Assembly: GCA_963726265.1 (NCBI GenBank)
Contig: CAVSBQ010000002.1
Location: forward strand, 768,001 to 832,000
Length of the DNA stretch: 64,000 nucleotides
DNA from: Candidatus Aenigmatarchaeota archaeon
GTDB lineage: Archaea; Aenigmatarchaeota; Aenigmatarchaeia; QMZP01; QMZT01
Direction of reading: 5' to 3'
The notes under the pieces are model-generated. The model saw nothing but the letters and a program-made list of their open reading frames with translations. It was not told the DNA's origin and did not search any database. Shown here piece by piece: positions 27,817 through 36,978 of the stretch. A program made the translations under genes and the position numbers. Each line of letters opens with the position of its first letter. Within the stretch, counting starts at the first letter, position 1.

Positions 27817-29056
27817 GCTTCGCGGCCAGGAAAGTCTGACCGCATTTTGTAATTTTTACACTCAGGAATTTCCCCATAAGGTCCTTTTCGCTTTCCACTA
27901 TCACGGGCCTGTAGGCTTCGTTCCTGCCCATAAATTGACCCTTCCCTTTGCCCCGTTCGGTGACCAGGATTTCGCATCTCCTGCCGGCCCATGCCCCGCT
28001 CTTCTCAAGTGCGATTTCCTTCACGAGGGCCGCCATCCTTTTCGAGCGTTCCTTGACAACCTTGTTGTCAAGCTGTTTCATATGAGCAGCTTCCGTGCCC
28101 GGTCTGGCGCCGAACTTCGAGACGTTCACGATGTCCGGCTTTATCCTCTCGATTAGTTCCAGCGTCTTCTCGAAATCGCCTTCGCTTTCTCCCGGGAAGC
28201 CGACTATCACGTCCGTGGAAAGCGTTATGTCGGGGAAGGCGCGTCTGAACTCGCTGACTAGCGTCTCGAAATCCCTGACAGCGTAATCCCTTTTCATCAG
28301 CTTCAGGACCCTGTCCGAGCCTGACTGGACAGGGATGTGGACGAACTTGTAGACCTTCGGGTCTTTGTAGGCGGCAAGCAAGGCCTTCATAAGCGGCCTG
28401 AGATGCGAAGGGTTCATCATGCCTATGCGGATTCTGAAATCACCTCTTATTTCTGTTATCCGTCCGATGAGTTTTGCGAGGTCAGTCCCTGTATCCAGAC
28501 CGTAGCATGAGTTGTCCTGGCTCGTGAGCCATATCTCCCTGCACCCGCCCTTTACCGCATCATTCACGTCTTTCGCTATATCATCAATAATTCTCGATTT
28601 CAGCTCTCCTCTGGCCAGTTTGACTATGCAGTAAGCGCAATTTCCCAGGCAGCCGCTCGATATCTCCGTTATGCCGACGAGCGGGTTTTTCCTGATTTTG
28701 CGCGGGCTTGCCTTCGCTTCCTTTGCCTCTTTTGACAGAAGCTTTGCTATCTCATCCGGCCTGTGCGAAGATAGGAACAGCGCCTGCGGAGCGATGGCCC
28801 TGAACATCCCTACGTCAGCAGCGCAGCCTGCTATGACGAGCGTCTTGCCGGGATAATTTTTCACGATAAGCTTTATCCTGTCCCTCAGCCTGTTTTCAGT
28901 CGGCGTTTTTACTATGCACGTGTTCAGCAGGATAGCATCGGCTTTCGCGATGGCCTTCGTCACCTTCATCCCGTTCGCGGCCAGCGCGCCCTCCATGGTC
29001 TCGGAGCGCGCCTGGTTAGCCGAGCAGCCGTAGGTCTCGACGTAAACTCGTTTCAT
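27803..29056 (-). CDS. mtaB: Radical SAM tRNA methylthiotransferase (archaeal MtaB/CDKAL1-like, t6A37 C2), with TRAM domain
   Basis: VETYGCSAN, LLNTC, GCLGNCAYC (CxxxCxxC), PVQSGS, DVIVGFPGE and C-terminal TRAM. Confidence 0.88.
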   Translation of the reverse strand: MKRVYVETYGCSANQARSETMEGALAANGMKVTKAIAKADAILLNTCIVKTPTENRLRDRIKLIVKNYPGKTLVIAGCAADVGMFRAIAPQALFLSSHRPDEIAKLLSKEAKEAKASPRKIRKNPLVGITEISSGCLGNCAYCIVKLARGELKSRIIDDIAKDVNDAVKGGCREIWLTSQDNSCYGLDTGTDLAKLIGRITEIRGDFRIRIGMMNPSHLRPLMKALLAAYKDPKVYKFVHIPVQSGSDRVLKLMKRDYAVRDFETLVSEFRRAFPDITLSTDVIVGFPGESEGDFEKTLELIERIKPDIVNVSKFGARPGTEAAHMKQLDNKVVKERSKRMAALVKEIALEKSGAWAGRRCEILVTERGKGKGQFMGRNEAYRPVIVESEKDLMGKFLSVKITKCGQTFLAAKLNRS

Positions 29057-29085
29057 GATGAGAAATGACAGCTTTGGTTTAAAAA

Positions 29086-29994
29086 TCACTGGTCAAGCAG
29101 CAAGTTTAAAACATGCTGCAACTCGGGAAAATCCAATTTTTCTGCCCTACTCCGGATTATCTGCTCTATGAGATGCTTGTCAGCCATGGTTATCCTAAGA
29201 TTTCTGGTTTTAAGTTTTTTTGATACGGTTCTTTTGAAAAGATTTGTTGCGTAATTTCCTAGTTTGTCGTCTGTTAGATTCTGGTTTTTATAATCAGTCA
29301 GCATTCTGTTCAAAATGCTTGGAGGTATTCCAACGCCATATTTTATTGAAAAATCAGTTACAAATACATTGAAAGTCCTTTGATTCATTGTAGTAACATC
29401 CACTTTCTCTCTTTTGCATATTTTTTCAAATTTCTGGAGCACGGCATACATCTGATCTCTTATGATTTCCCGCCCCTTCTCCATCCATATTTTCTCATTA
29501 TAACCGGTTTCCATCACACCTTCTCTTTCAAGCATCGAAGGGTCGACGTATTTTGATATGATGCTAGGTTTGAGCTTGATCTTCGTTGACCAGCCATAAG
29601 AAATGCCTTTTACAATTTTATCCCCAGTGTATATCTCATTTTTACCCAATATCCCTTCTACTATCTTTCTATGAGGTTCGGAAAGTTCACCTATTCTGTC
29701 GCCCAAAGCACGCCATGCCTCATAGATTAATGAACTTCTATCCAGTTGATATTTATCAGAAGGGTCAAGATTTTCAGGTCCAAGTGTCGTCATTCTCGCT
29801 CGTCTTTCGGCTTCGCCCTTTTCAATTTTTGCTTGTATCACATCGACTCTGAAATATGCGAACTCCCTCCCCCTCCTATAGGGTTTTCCATCCCGCATTA
29901 CCGGTCTTAGATATTTGTCTACCTGCTCTTTTGAAACATCCAAATATTCAGCTGCTTCAGAGCGGCTGACTAGGTCTGGTACATATTTTTTCAT
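29086..29994 (-). CDS. AT-rich hypothetical protein with N-terminal excisionase/MerR-like HTH
   Basis: LVSRSEAAEYLDVSKEQV motif. Visibly lower GC than its neighbours. Confidence 0.65.
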   Translation of the reverse strand: MKKYVPDLVSRSEAAEYLDVSKEQVDKYLRPVMRDGKPYRRGREFAYFRVDVIQAKIEKGEAERRARMTTLGPENLDPSDKYQLDRSSLIYEAWRALGDRIGELSEPHRKIVEGILGKNEIYTGDKIVKGISYGWSTKIKLKPSIISKYVDPSMLEREGVMETGYNEKIWMEKGREIIRDQMYAVLQKFEKICKREKVDVTTMNQRTFNVFVTDFSIKYGVGIPPSILNRMLTDYKNQNLTDDKLGNYATNLFKRTVSKKLKTRNLRITMADKHLIEQIIRSRAEKLDFPELQHVLNLLLDQ

Positions 29995-30056
29995 GTTAAC
30001 AAATAGAGATTATTCAAAAGTTTTTTATTTGTGTATTGAGCCTAATCGGCATCATT

Positions 30057-30572
30057 TCAACTTTCCGTTACAATCATCTTGATGTTCAGGTTCGCCTCGT
30101 ATTGCAGGATTTTCTCGTTCGCCGTCCAGGCGCCCGTTTTATGCGTAACCACGTCGCACCTCGGGCCGTAGGCCAGGCTTTCGATGTAGCCGCTCTCGTT
30201 CTCCGGCTCGACTATGATGCAGTAGTCGAGGCTCGGCTTTATCACGCTTCCGACGAGCTGCGGGACCAGCTCGAAGGAAAGGTTCCTGCATTCCACGCCC
30301 CCGCAGTTCCTGTACGGCGTCATGTAGGCGCACGACATGGTCGAGGAGATGGTGTCGCAGTAGCCGCCGTAGCCCGTGTTGCGCCTGAGGACGGAAATCA
30401 GAAGGTTGTGGGCGTAGAGATTGTAATACTCGTTCTGCACGGGCTTCAGCGACGATATGACCAGGAATATGCCAAGCCCCATGAATATGACTATTACTAG
30501 GACTATCAGTATCATGCTAGTCTGCCCTTTCATATCGGAATGGCCGCAATCCTTTCCCATTTTCAACCCCAT
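30057..30572 (-). CDS. Class III signal peptide (type IV pilin-like) protein
   Basis: MKG/QTSMILIVLVIVIFMGLGIFLV motif, several Cys and a terminal beta strand. TGATG overlap with the upstream gene. Confidence 0.75.
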   Translation of the reverse strand: MGLKMGKDCGHSDMKGQTSMILIVLVIVIFMGLGIFLVISSLKPVQNEYYNLYAHNLLISVLRRNTGYGGYCDTISSTMSCAYMTPYRNCGGVECRNLSFELVPQLVGSVIKPSLDYCIIVEPENESGYIESLAYGPRCDVVTHKTGAWTANEKILQYEANLNIKMIVTES

Positions 30573-31093
30573 CAGCTGTTATACAGTCCCACGGTCAGCC
30601 TGCCTATGTCTATCTCCCCGCTCGTCTTCCTGTAGATGTTAACGGGGATGTCGAAGGCAATAGCCTCGCCTTCGTGCTTGCAGTAGCTCCACTTGCCGCA
30701 CAGCGGGTAGTTTTCAAGGCTGCATTCCTCTGGGACATCGGAGGATGCAAGCGTCTCGACTTCCGCATACCACCCCGTGCCGTAGAGCTTCTCCAGCTCC
30801 GCGCACGTTATCGCGGTGAGCTTCGAGTCCTCGAGCATGGAGCCTTCCTCGAACGTGTTCTTGTTTATGTAAGGCGAGTTGGTGAACGCGCGTAGCAGGA
30901 ACTCCGCTTTCGCATACGTGACCCTTCTCTGCTCCGAGCCTATGGTGCTCATCTGCCACCCGGTCAGGAACAGCGTTATCAGGACTATCACCAGCAGGAC
31001 GAAAAAGCTGAGCAGGACGTATTCCATCAGGTGCGCTTGGCCTTTGCTGCTTCTTTTCATGTTCATGCCAGTCATTCCATTCATTACCATCAT
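30572..31093 (-). CDS. Class III signal peptide (type IV pilin-like) protein
   Basis: KRSSKG/QAHLMEYVLLSFFVLLVIVLI. Start placed at the ATGA overlap (31093) rather than the longer called ORF. Confidence 0.75.
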   Translation of the reverse strand: MMVMNGMTGMNMKRSSKGQAHLMEYVLLSFFVLLVIVLITLFLTGWQMSTIGSEQRRVTYAKAEFLLRAFTNSPYINKNTFEEGSMLEDSKLTAITCAELEKLYGTGWYAEVETLASSDVPEECSLENYPLCGKWSYCKHEGEAIAFDIPVNIYRKTSGEIDIGRLTVGLYNS

Positions 31094-32154
31094 GCGCACC
31101 CCATGCTGTCCAGCTCCCTGTATTTGGCCGCGGAAGCCCTTACGTATCCGGCGAATTCGTGCACGTCGTTCTCGTTTGGCGAGGCTGGCGAGGCCTTGAG
31201 CTTCGGTATGACATCCTTCAGCGAGTTGAGGATGCCGGTGAACTCGGCAAGCGAGGTCCCGCACCTGCGGTTCATTTCGGCGTCGGTAGTCAGGATGGCG
31301 GCCTCATTGACGGAGATGTCAGCCGCTACTTCCATCTCGCCCAGGAGCTTCTGGTTCACGTATTCGTAAAATTCTTTGCCACCTAGCAGCAGCGCCGCGA
31401 CGTCGAGGCCGTTCTTGTAAATGTATTTGTCATACCCGTCGTCGCTCCTTATGTAAACATAGCCCAGGTCGTCGTCCGCGGGCTGGACCAGGAAATCCAC
31501 GTCCTTCATCTCCTCGGACACGGTGACTATGGTGAAGTTCCTGCTCCTGAAATACTCCGCGTTTTCGCAGGTGGCGAGTTCGGTATCGTCAGTGAGCATC
31601 CTGGGCATTATCGCCTCCGTGAACCTGTATTTTTCCCAGCCGAACCAGAACTCGCTGCCGCTGCACCCGAAGCCGAACTTGACCTTCGCCGCCGCGCTTT
31701 CCGAGGACGGCAGGAAGCGCGTTATGTTGCCGACCACGGTCATGGCCCTCGCCCTGTCGCCTAGCGGGACGAAAATGACGCTGTAGTCCGGCATGGCCTC
31801 TATGAAGTAGAATTTCCACCAGCCGAGGTCGTATTCGTTGCGGTGGAGCGAAAGCTTCCTGGCCGGCAGCAGCAGTAGTGGGACAGGCTCCATGTTGACC
31901 ATCGCTATCGAGGTCTCTATGAAGGGCGGCCTGTAGCCCAGCATGACCTCCGCGTCGCCAGTCTCGAAATCGCCCGATATGCCCGTGGTGTAGGCGTTTT
32001 CTGCGGCCTTCCTGAAGTTGACCATCATGGAGGCCTGCCTGCTCGACTCGCCCAGCTGCATGTAAGAACCGGCGAACCGCAGCAGCAGGATGAGGATGAA
32101 AACCGCGATGATGATGCCGAGGATTATCTTGAAGACGTCAAACACGTTCAGCAT
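31090..32154 (-). CDS. Membrane-anchored pilin-operon accessory protein
   Basis: N-terminal hydrophobic helix VFKIILGIIIAVFILILLLRF. Lies within the pilin-like operon. Confidence 0.7.
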   Translation of the reverse strand: MLNVFDVFKIILGIIIAVFILILLLRFAGSYMQLGESSRQASMMVNFRKAAENAYTTGISGDFETGDAEVMLGYRPPFIETSIAMVNMEPVPLLLLPARKLSLHRNEYDLGWWKFYFIEAMPDYSVIFVPLGDRARAMTVVGNITRFLPSSESAAAKVKFGFGCSGSEFWFGWEKYRFTEAIMPRMLTDDTELATCENAEYFRSRNFTIVTVSEEMKDVDFLVQPADDDLGYVYIRSDDGYDKYIYKNGLDVAALLLGGKEFYEYVNQKLLGEMEVAADISVNEAAILTTDAEMNRRCGTSLAEFTGILNSLKDVIPKLKASPASPNENDVHEFAGYVRASAAKYRELDSMGCA

Positions 32155-32167
32155 ACCAACCACCGCT

Positions 32168-32635
32168 TCAGAACCCCGGAAGCGTTATCTCGACCAGTGC
32201 ACCAGCGTTGCGGATTATGACGTCCGTTGACGACGCGATGCAGAAATTAACATAAGGCTTGAGTTTGCTTATTTTCTTCCCCTCGACAACGCCGTCGGGA
32301 TGGTAGATGATGACGTTGTCGCCTTCTCCCACGACCATGCGCGTCGCGACCGTGTCGGGCTCCCAGCCCTCCTGCGTGTTCTCTTCCGGATGGTCGGGGT
32401 CGACGAAGCATATCTTCTTGAAGCACTGCGGGATGAGCAGCCTCAGCTCCTGGGACGCACCCCTCGAAAGGGACAGCGTCGCTTTCACCGTGTTCTCCAG
32501 GGTGGTTATCTGCTGCCCCATCTGCGATTTGCATGCCATTTCCGACATGTCGCCGATGTATCTGATGCCGAAAAACAGCAGCAGGCCTATGACTATTGAC
32601 GCGAATATTATGCCAAAAACGAGGCTGGTGTCCAT
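32168..32635 (-). CDS. Pilin-like protein (N-terminal hydrophobic helix, no obvious basic leader)
   Basis: LVFGIIFASIVIGLLLFFGIRYI followed by an amphipathic helix and a KKICFVD motif. Confidence 0.7.
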   Translation of the reverse strand: MDTSLVFGIIFASIVIGLLLFFGIRYIGDMSEMACKSQMGQQITTLENTVKATLSLSRGASQELRLLIPQCFKKICFVDPDHPEENTQEGWEPDTVATRMVVGEGDNVIIYHPDGVVEGKKISKLKPYVNFCIASSTDVIIRNAGALVEITLPGF

Positions 32636-32753
32636 AATAGAATAATGTAAAAACAGGCATAAATAGCATTTGTCCGGTCCCTGCGCTTTTGCGAGCGTGC
32701 CAGTGAGCTGCCTTGGAATCGGCGGTTGCGAGGCAGCGTTTGCTTCTGCAGCC

Positions 32754-33404
32754 TTACTTTATGACTACCTGGAGCGTCAGCGGTGCGCCGCCGAACTTTT
32801 CCATGCCCGAGCAGCCGCCGCTTATGGCCTGGGTTGACGTGCATCCCTCGAACATGTAGGAATACGTTCCCATGTCTGCGCTGGCCGCGGCCGTGAAGGA
32901 GCACACTATCCTGCCTATCACGTCGCCTTTCTGGACCCAGATGGTCTTCGGCTTGCAGTCTATCCATTTCTGGTATTCCTCGAGCTTCGCCTCGTCGCCT
33001 GGCCCGCCTATCGCCGTCACGTCGACCGCGAAATACGCGTTGCCCTGCGAGTCGAGCTTGCTCGTGTCAAGGTTGTTCTTGAAGCCGACTGAAATCGGAT
33101 AGGCCTTGCCCCTGGTTGCGGGCGGGTTGTTTATTATCGATTTCGAAAGCGCAAAGACGGTCAGCTGGCGCTGGAAGACTTCGTCGAGTTCTGCGTTGGC
33201 GCTCGCTATCTGGCTTTCAGTGAGGCCGCTCACGCTTTCCATCATGCCCCTGAGCCACACGATGGCCAGGCTGAGCAGGACCACCGCGAAGACGATCATC
33301 ACTATGAACCCAAGGCTCAGCTCTATCGCTCCCTTCCTCTTCGTATTTCTATTCCTAGTTCCACTTCCAATTCTAGTTTCTGCGTTTGCGTTTTTGACCC
33401 TCAT
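32754..33404 (-). CDS. Class III signal peptide (type IV pilin-like) protein
   Basis: KRKG/AIELSLGFIVMIVFAVVLLSLAIVW. First gene of the operon, with a TATA-like element upstream. Confidence 0.8.
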   Translation of the reverse strand: MRVKNANAETRIGSGTRNRNTKRKGAIELSLGFIVMIVFAVVLLSLAIVWLRGMMESVSGLTESQIASANAELDEVFQRQLTVFALSKSIINNPPATRGKAYPISVGFKNNLDTSKLDSQGNAYFAVDVTAIGGPGDEAKLEEYQKWIDCKPKTIWVQKGDVIGRIVCSFTAAASADMGTYSYMFEGCTSTQAISGGCSGMEKFGGAPLTLQVVIK

Positions 33405-33608
33405 AATATATACTTCCAGCGCGGACGTATAAAAAGTTTATAAAAATCCGCATGCTTATGGCATGCCCATGCCATGTGCCTATGATATGTTCATGATGTG
33501 ACAAGTACCAATATCGACCAATAAGCACATAAAACCATTCAACCAATAAATTAACAGACTTAAAAAATATCTGAAAATGTTTGAAATAATTTGAAAGGGA
33601 GGTTTCAT

Positions 33609-33944
33609 ATGATAGGAAAAAGCGAACAATTAAGCCCTCAATTACTCCTATTCGGCATAGTGGCGATAGTGGCCATAGTGGGACTTGTGACCTTGCTCAT
33701 ACCCGGCGTTCAGAAATCTTTCTGTGAGAACCAGCTATCCGCCTACAGTGATGCAGCCTACGACGCACAGGATAGCTCATTCTACAGCGGCAGTAACATG
33801 GCAGGAGAAGCAGCAGCTGTGGAATACCGATGCGTGGGAGGAGGTGGTGAAGCGGAAACTTGTGGTACCTACACTAAGAGCAAGGCAGCAGCTGATTGCA
33901 GAAAAGGTGGCGGAACATGTCACCATCCAAATGAGTTAGCATAA
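33609..33944 (+). CDS. Small membrane-anchored exported protein with Cys-rich C-terminus
   Basis: GGAGGT RBS before ATG 33609. IVAIVAIVGLVTLL anchor and four C-terminal Cys. Confidence 0.7.
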   Translation: MIGKSEQLSPQLLLFGIVAIVAIVGLVTLLIPGVQKSFCENQLSAYSDAAYDAQDSSFYSGSNMAGEAAAVEYRCVGGGGEAETCGTYTKSKAAADCRKGGGTCHHPNELA

Positions 33945-34001
33945 AATCACATTGATGAGATAAACTAGCGTTTCCAAGTTTGGCCAGCTAAAAATCGTCA
34001 A

Positions 34002-34074
34002 AGGTTGATATAACCATATAAAAAAATATCAACCTGTTTTATTTTTTACACTATTTTTATTTCTTATCTCTTTT
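34002..34074. terminator. Inverted repeat plus T-tracts between convergent genes
   Basis: AGGTTGATAT (34002-34011) pairs with ATATCAACCT (34026-34035) and is followed by long T runs. Confidence 0.5.
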
Positions 34075-34967
34075 TACAAATAGCTCATCGCTATTATTTC
34101 CCTGTAGAGGCCCGAATTGCTCAGGACGAAGGCCTCTATCAGGCCCGCCGCGATGAGGACGTTAATCGCGATGAACAGCAGGAAGATGTTGTAGTAAAGC
34201 AGCGTCCGGAATTTCTTCGAACCGAAGCCTTCCTTCCTGAAGCCCTTGGTTATCATGCCGCCGGAGATGGAGCCGAGGATGTATGAGAAGATTTCGAGGA
34301 TTGCATGCGGGGCGACGATTGCCATTATCACCATGAAAAGGAAAAGCGGGTTCGAGCCCATGGCGAAGGCCGCGTTCCTCGCGGTCACGCCGAATATGGT
34401 TCCCCACACTGACAGGTTCCATGTTATCATGAAGATGCCGCCTTCTTCAGTGAAGAGCGATATGAGAAAGCAGGCGAGCAGGACGAGCCAGTTGTTGGCG
34501 AAGATGGACCAGAACAGCAGGATGGGGAAATCGGCCGCGTTGGCAGTGCCCACTGCGGAGCCTGATGTTCCCGCGGCCCCGCCGCTTATGCCCCTGACCG
34601 CGAGCTGCGTCTCGAACAGGCTGTTCACCTGGAACGAGGGTAGGACAATCGCCGCCGTAGAATAGACGAGGAATATGCCGAGCGACAGGAAAAAATATAT
34701 CTTCAGGAAATTCTTGTTCTGTCTGTAAAGCCTGCGGACGGAAAACCTCTTCTCGACTGCGAGTTCCCCTTCCTTCAGCTCGAACAGTTTCCTCAGCTCG
34801 GGCAGCAGTAGGATGGACGTGAAGGCTATCGCGACCAGCGACGGGTCCTTGGGGAAGACGAGCGCGGCTATTATTATCGAGATTATGGAATAACTCCAGC
34901 CCAGGCAGAAGGCGTATTCCGCCCGTTTATTCAGCCACTTTTCCGGGAGTATTTTTGAGAGAAGCAT
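34074..34967 (-). CDS. SpoIIM (stage II sporulation protein M)-family membrane protein
   Basis: Multi-TM with IFANNW, WNLSVWG, PHAILEIFSY and AGLIE motifs. Confidence 0.8.
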   Translation of the reverse strand: MLLSKILPEKWLNKRAEYAFCLGWSYSIISIIIAALVFPKDPSLVAIAFTSILLLPELRKLFELKEGELAVEKRFSVRRLYRQNKNFLKIYFFLSLGIFLVYSTAAIVLPSFQVNSLFETQLAVRGISGGAAGTSGSAVGTANAADFPILLFWSIFANNWLVLLACFLISLFTEEGGIFMITWNLSVWGTIFGVTARNAAFAMGSNPLFLFMVIMAIVAPHAILEIFSYILGSISGGMITKGFRKEGFGSKKFRTLLYYNIFLLFIAINVLIAAGLIEAFVLSNSGLYREIIAMSYL

Positions 34968-35003
34968 GTATATTATTTAAAACTTGGCGGTTAAAAATTA
35001 TAT

Positions 35004-36209
35004 ATGAGGCAGAAGAGGCAGAAACCCAGAAATAAAATAAATATTTCCCTTCCACTTTTTGTTGCGATAATAGTCTGCATTTCTGCCGGCTTTTTCGCCG
35101 GACTTTTTGCATCAGACACCTTCCAGGAAGCCCAGCCGTCAGTTATTGCAATATCCGATGGTGAGAACACCACTTATTTGGAATTGCATGAAGGGTGGAA
35201 AACTACACTGACGTTTCTGAACGGGGAAAACATGTCAATCAATAACATAGGAAAGGACATTTTCATTGAATCATTGGACAAAGGTATAGCCTCCGTGACG
35301 CAGGATAAAACAAGCGATGAACAATACAACCTTATGGGCGAAGCGGCGAAAAAAACCACCACGCCCACTACACCAACATCAACATGCACGGATTCTGATG
35401 CAAACAAAAATTATCCAGGCGGGAAAAATTATTACGAGAAAGGCACCATGAAAGTTGGCACTTCCAAATTTACGGATCTCTGCTTCGGCGGCAATAATCA
35501 AAAACTCATGGAATATTTCTGCAGCGGTAATGTTGGAAAATCCATACAATATTCTTGCCTGAGCGAACATAAGTTATGCCAAGGCGGGGCATGCAAAGGC
35601 GCTGCGGAAAAGACATGCCTGGGAGAGGGCGAAAGCAAGCCTGTCATCGCTAATCCGCTTCCTTGCTGCGAAGGCCTGAAGCTGATACCTCCGAAGACGA
35701 AGAACGTCGCCGGCATATACGGCTACTGCACCGCTAAATGCGGCAACGGTGTATGTGAAGGAAACGAGACCGAATACAACTGCCTCGTCGACTGCGGCAA
35801 CATCAGAACTAATAGTACAAAATGCACCGATTCCGACGGCGGCATAAACTATTTTGTGCAAGGAACATGCTATGTTATTGGATTTGGTGATAAAGTAACA
35901 GACAAGTGCCCAAAAGGTGGTGGTTATGACAATTGGGTGGAAGAATACTATTGCGATTATAAATACGATTTCGGCTGGTGGTTTTGTACGAACACATATG
36001 AAAAATGCGATATTGGGTGCAAGGACGGGGCATGCATAAAAACCGAATGTGACATTAGAGGCGGATATTGCACCCGTCCTTCACTGAATATTTCAGAAAG
36101 CGATTGCAAAGACGGGTTTGGACGCAGCGCGGAAAAACTGGGTTGTGGAACAACAGATGATCCAAATGAGTGGTTCAAGAAAATTTGCTGCTTGCCAAAC
36201 ATAATTTAA
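35004..36209 (+). CDS. Membrane-anchored Cys-rich repeat surface protein
   Basis: N-terminal TM. Two CTDSDxxxNY...KG/QG...EY(F/Y)C...C..GAC modules and CGNGVCE. AT-rich. Confidence 0.8.
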   Translation: MRQKRQKPRNKINISLPLFVAIIVCISAGFFAGLFASDTFQEAQPSVIAISDGENTTYLELHEGWKTTLTFLNGENMSINNIGKDIFIESLDKGIASVTQDKTSDEQYNLMGEAAKKTTTPTTPTSTCTDSDANKNYPGGKNYYEKGTMKVGTSKFTDLCFGGNNQKLMEYFCSGNVGKSIQYSCLSEHKLCQGGACKGAAEKTCLGEGESKPVIANPLPCCEGLKLIPPKTKNVAGIYGYCTAKCGNGVCEGNETEYNCLVDCGNIRTNSTKCTDSDGGINYFVQGTCYVIGFGDKVTDKCPKGGGYDNWVEEYYCDYKYDFGWWFCTNTYEKCDIGCKDGACIKTECDIRGGYCTRPSLNISESDCKDGFGRSAEKLGCGTTDDPNEWFKKICCLPNII

Positions 36210-36231
36210 ATTTCAGCCCCATTATACAAGC

Positions 36232-36960
36232 ATGGCAGAAATGGCAGAGGCAGCCAAATCTTCTGACGCGGGCAGAATAAGAAGAATAAGGATATTCGTG
36301 GACCATCGCGAGGCGAGAAACCACGTCTTCATGCATCTGAAAGACACAGACGCCGAGCTCGCCTGCGAGCAGCTGAAGACGGGCGACTACATCTGCTCGG
36401 ACAGGGTCGTGGTGGAGAGGAAAACTGTCGCGGACTTTGTCCAGTCGTTGCTCGACCAGAGGATTTTCAGGCAGGTTTCTGAAATGAAGGAGTGCTTCGA
36501 GAAACCCGTCCTCATCATCGAGGGCGACCCTGACCAGATAATTTCCGGCAGGGACGTCCATCCCAACGCCATACGCGGCGCGCTGGCTTCGTTAGCGCTG
36601 GACCACCGCATTCCCATGGTATGGACGAGAAACCCGAAGGAAACCGCTGAGCAGATTTACTGGTTCGCGCGCAGGGAGCAGACCGACGCGAGGAGAAGCG
36701 TCGCCGTCCGCTCGCCTTCTGGGAAGGACAACATTGCGGACATGCAGGAGTTTCTGGTCGCAGGGCTGCCGAACATAAACACGAAGCTGAGCAGGAGCCT
36801 GCTCAAAAAATTCAGGACGCCCAGGCGCATTTTCTCCGCTAGGCCGGAAAGGCTCATGAAGGCCGAGGGCATAGGCGAACTCAAGGCGAGGAAGATATGG
36901 GAACTGCTCAACCTGGAATACATGCCCGATGAAGAAAAAGGCGCGGAAGAAAAGGCATAA
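36232..36960 (+). CDS. ERCC4/XPF-family structure-specific endonuclease (nuclease + HhH, no helicase)
   Basis: VDHRE, GDY, VERKT (ERKxxxD), LIIEG and tandem HhH (GLPNIN, GIGELKA). Confidence 0.9.
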   Translation: MAEMAEAAKSSDAGRIRRIRIFVDHREARNHVFMHLKDTDAELACEQLKTGDYICSDRVVVERKTVADFVQSLLDQRIFRQVSEMKECFEKPVLIIEGDPDQIISGRDVHPNAIRGALASLALDHRIPMVWTRNPKETAEQIYWFARREQTDARRSVAVRSPSGKDNIADMQEFLVAGLPNINTKLSRSLLKKFRTPRRIFSARPERLMKAEGIGELKARKIWELLNLEYMPDEEKGAEEKA

Positions 36961-36978
36961 TAAAGTTTGAGATCAAAA

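Noticed and set aside
29086..30050. Integrated mobile element
   Set aside because: No integrase or transposase, att sites, terminal repeats or adjacent tRNA seen.
31094..31264. N-terminal extension of the called ORF 30572-31264
   Set aside because: It overlaps the upstream gene in another frame. The class III signal and ATGA coupling indicate a start at or after 31093.
32707..32737. Structured ncRNA between pilin-like genes
   Set aside because: Only a 7-bp stem (GCTGCCT/AGGCAGC) on the transcribed strand, with no tRNA or known RNA features.
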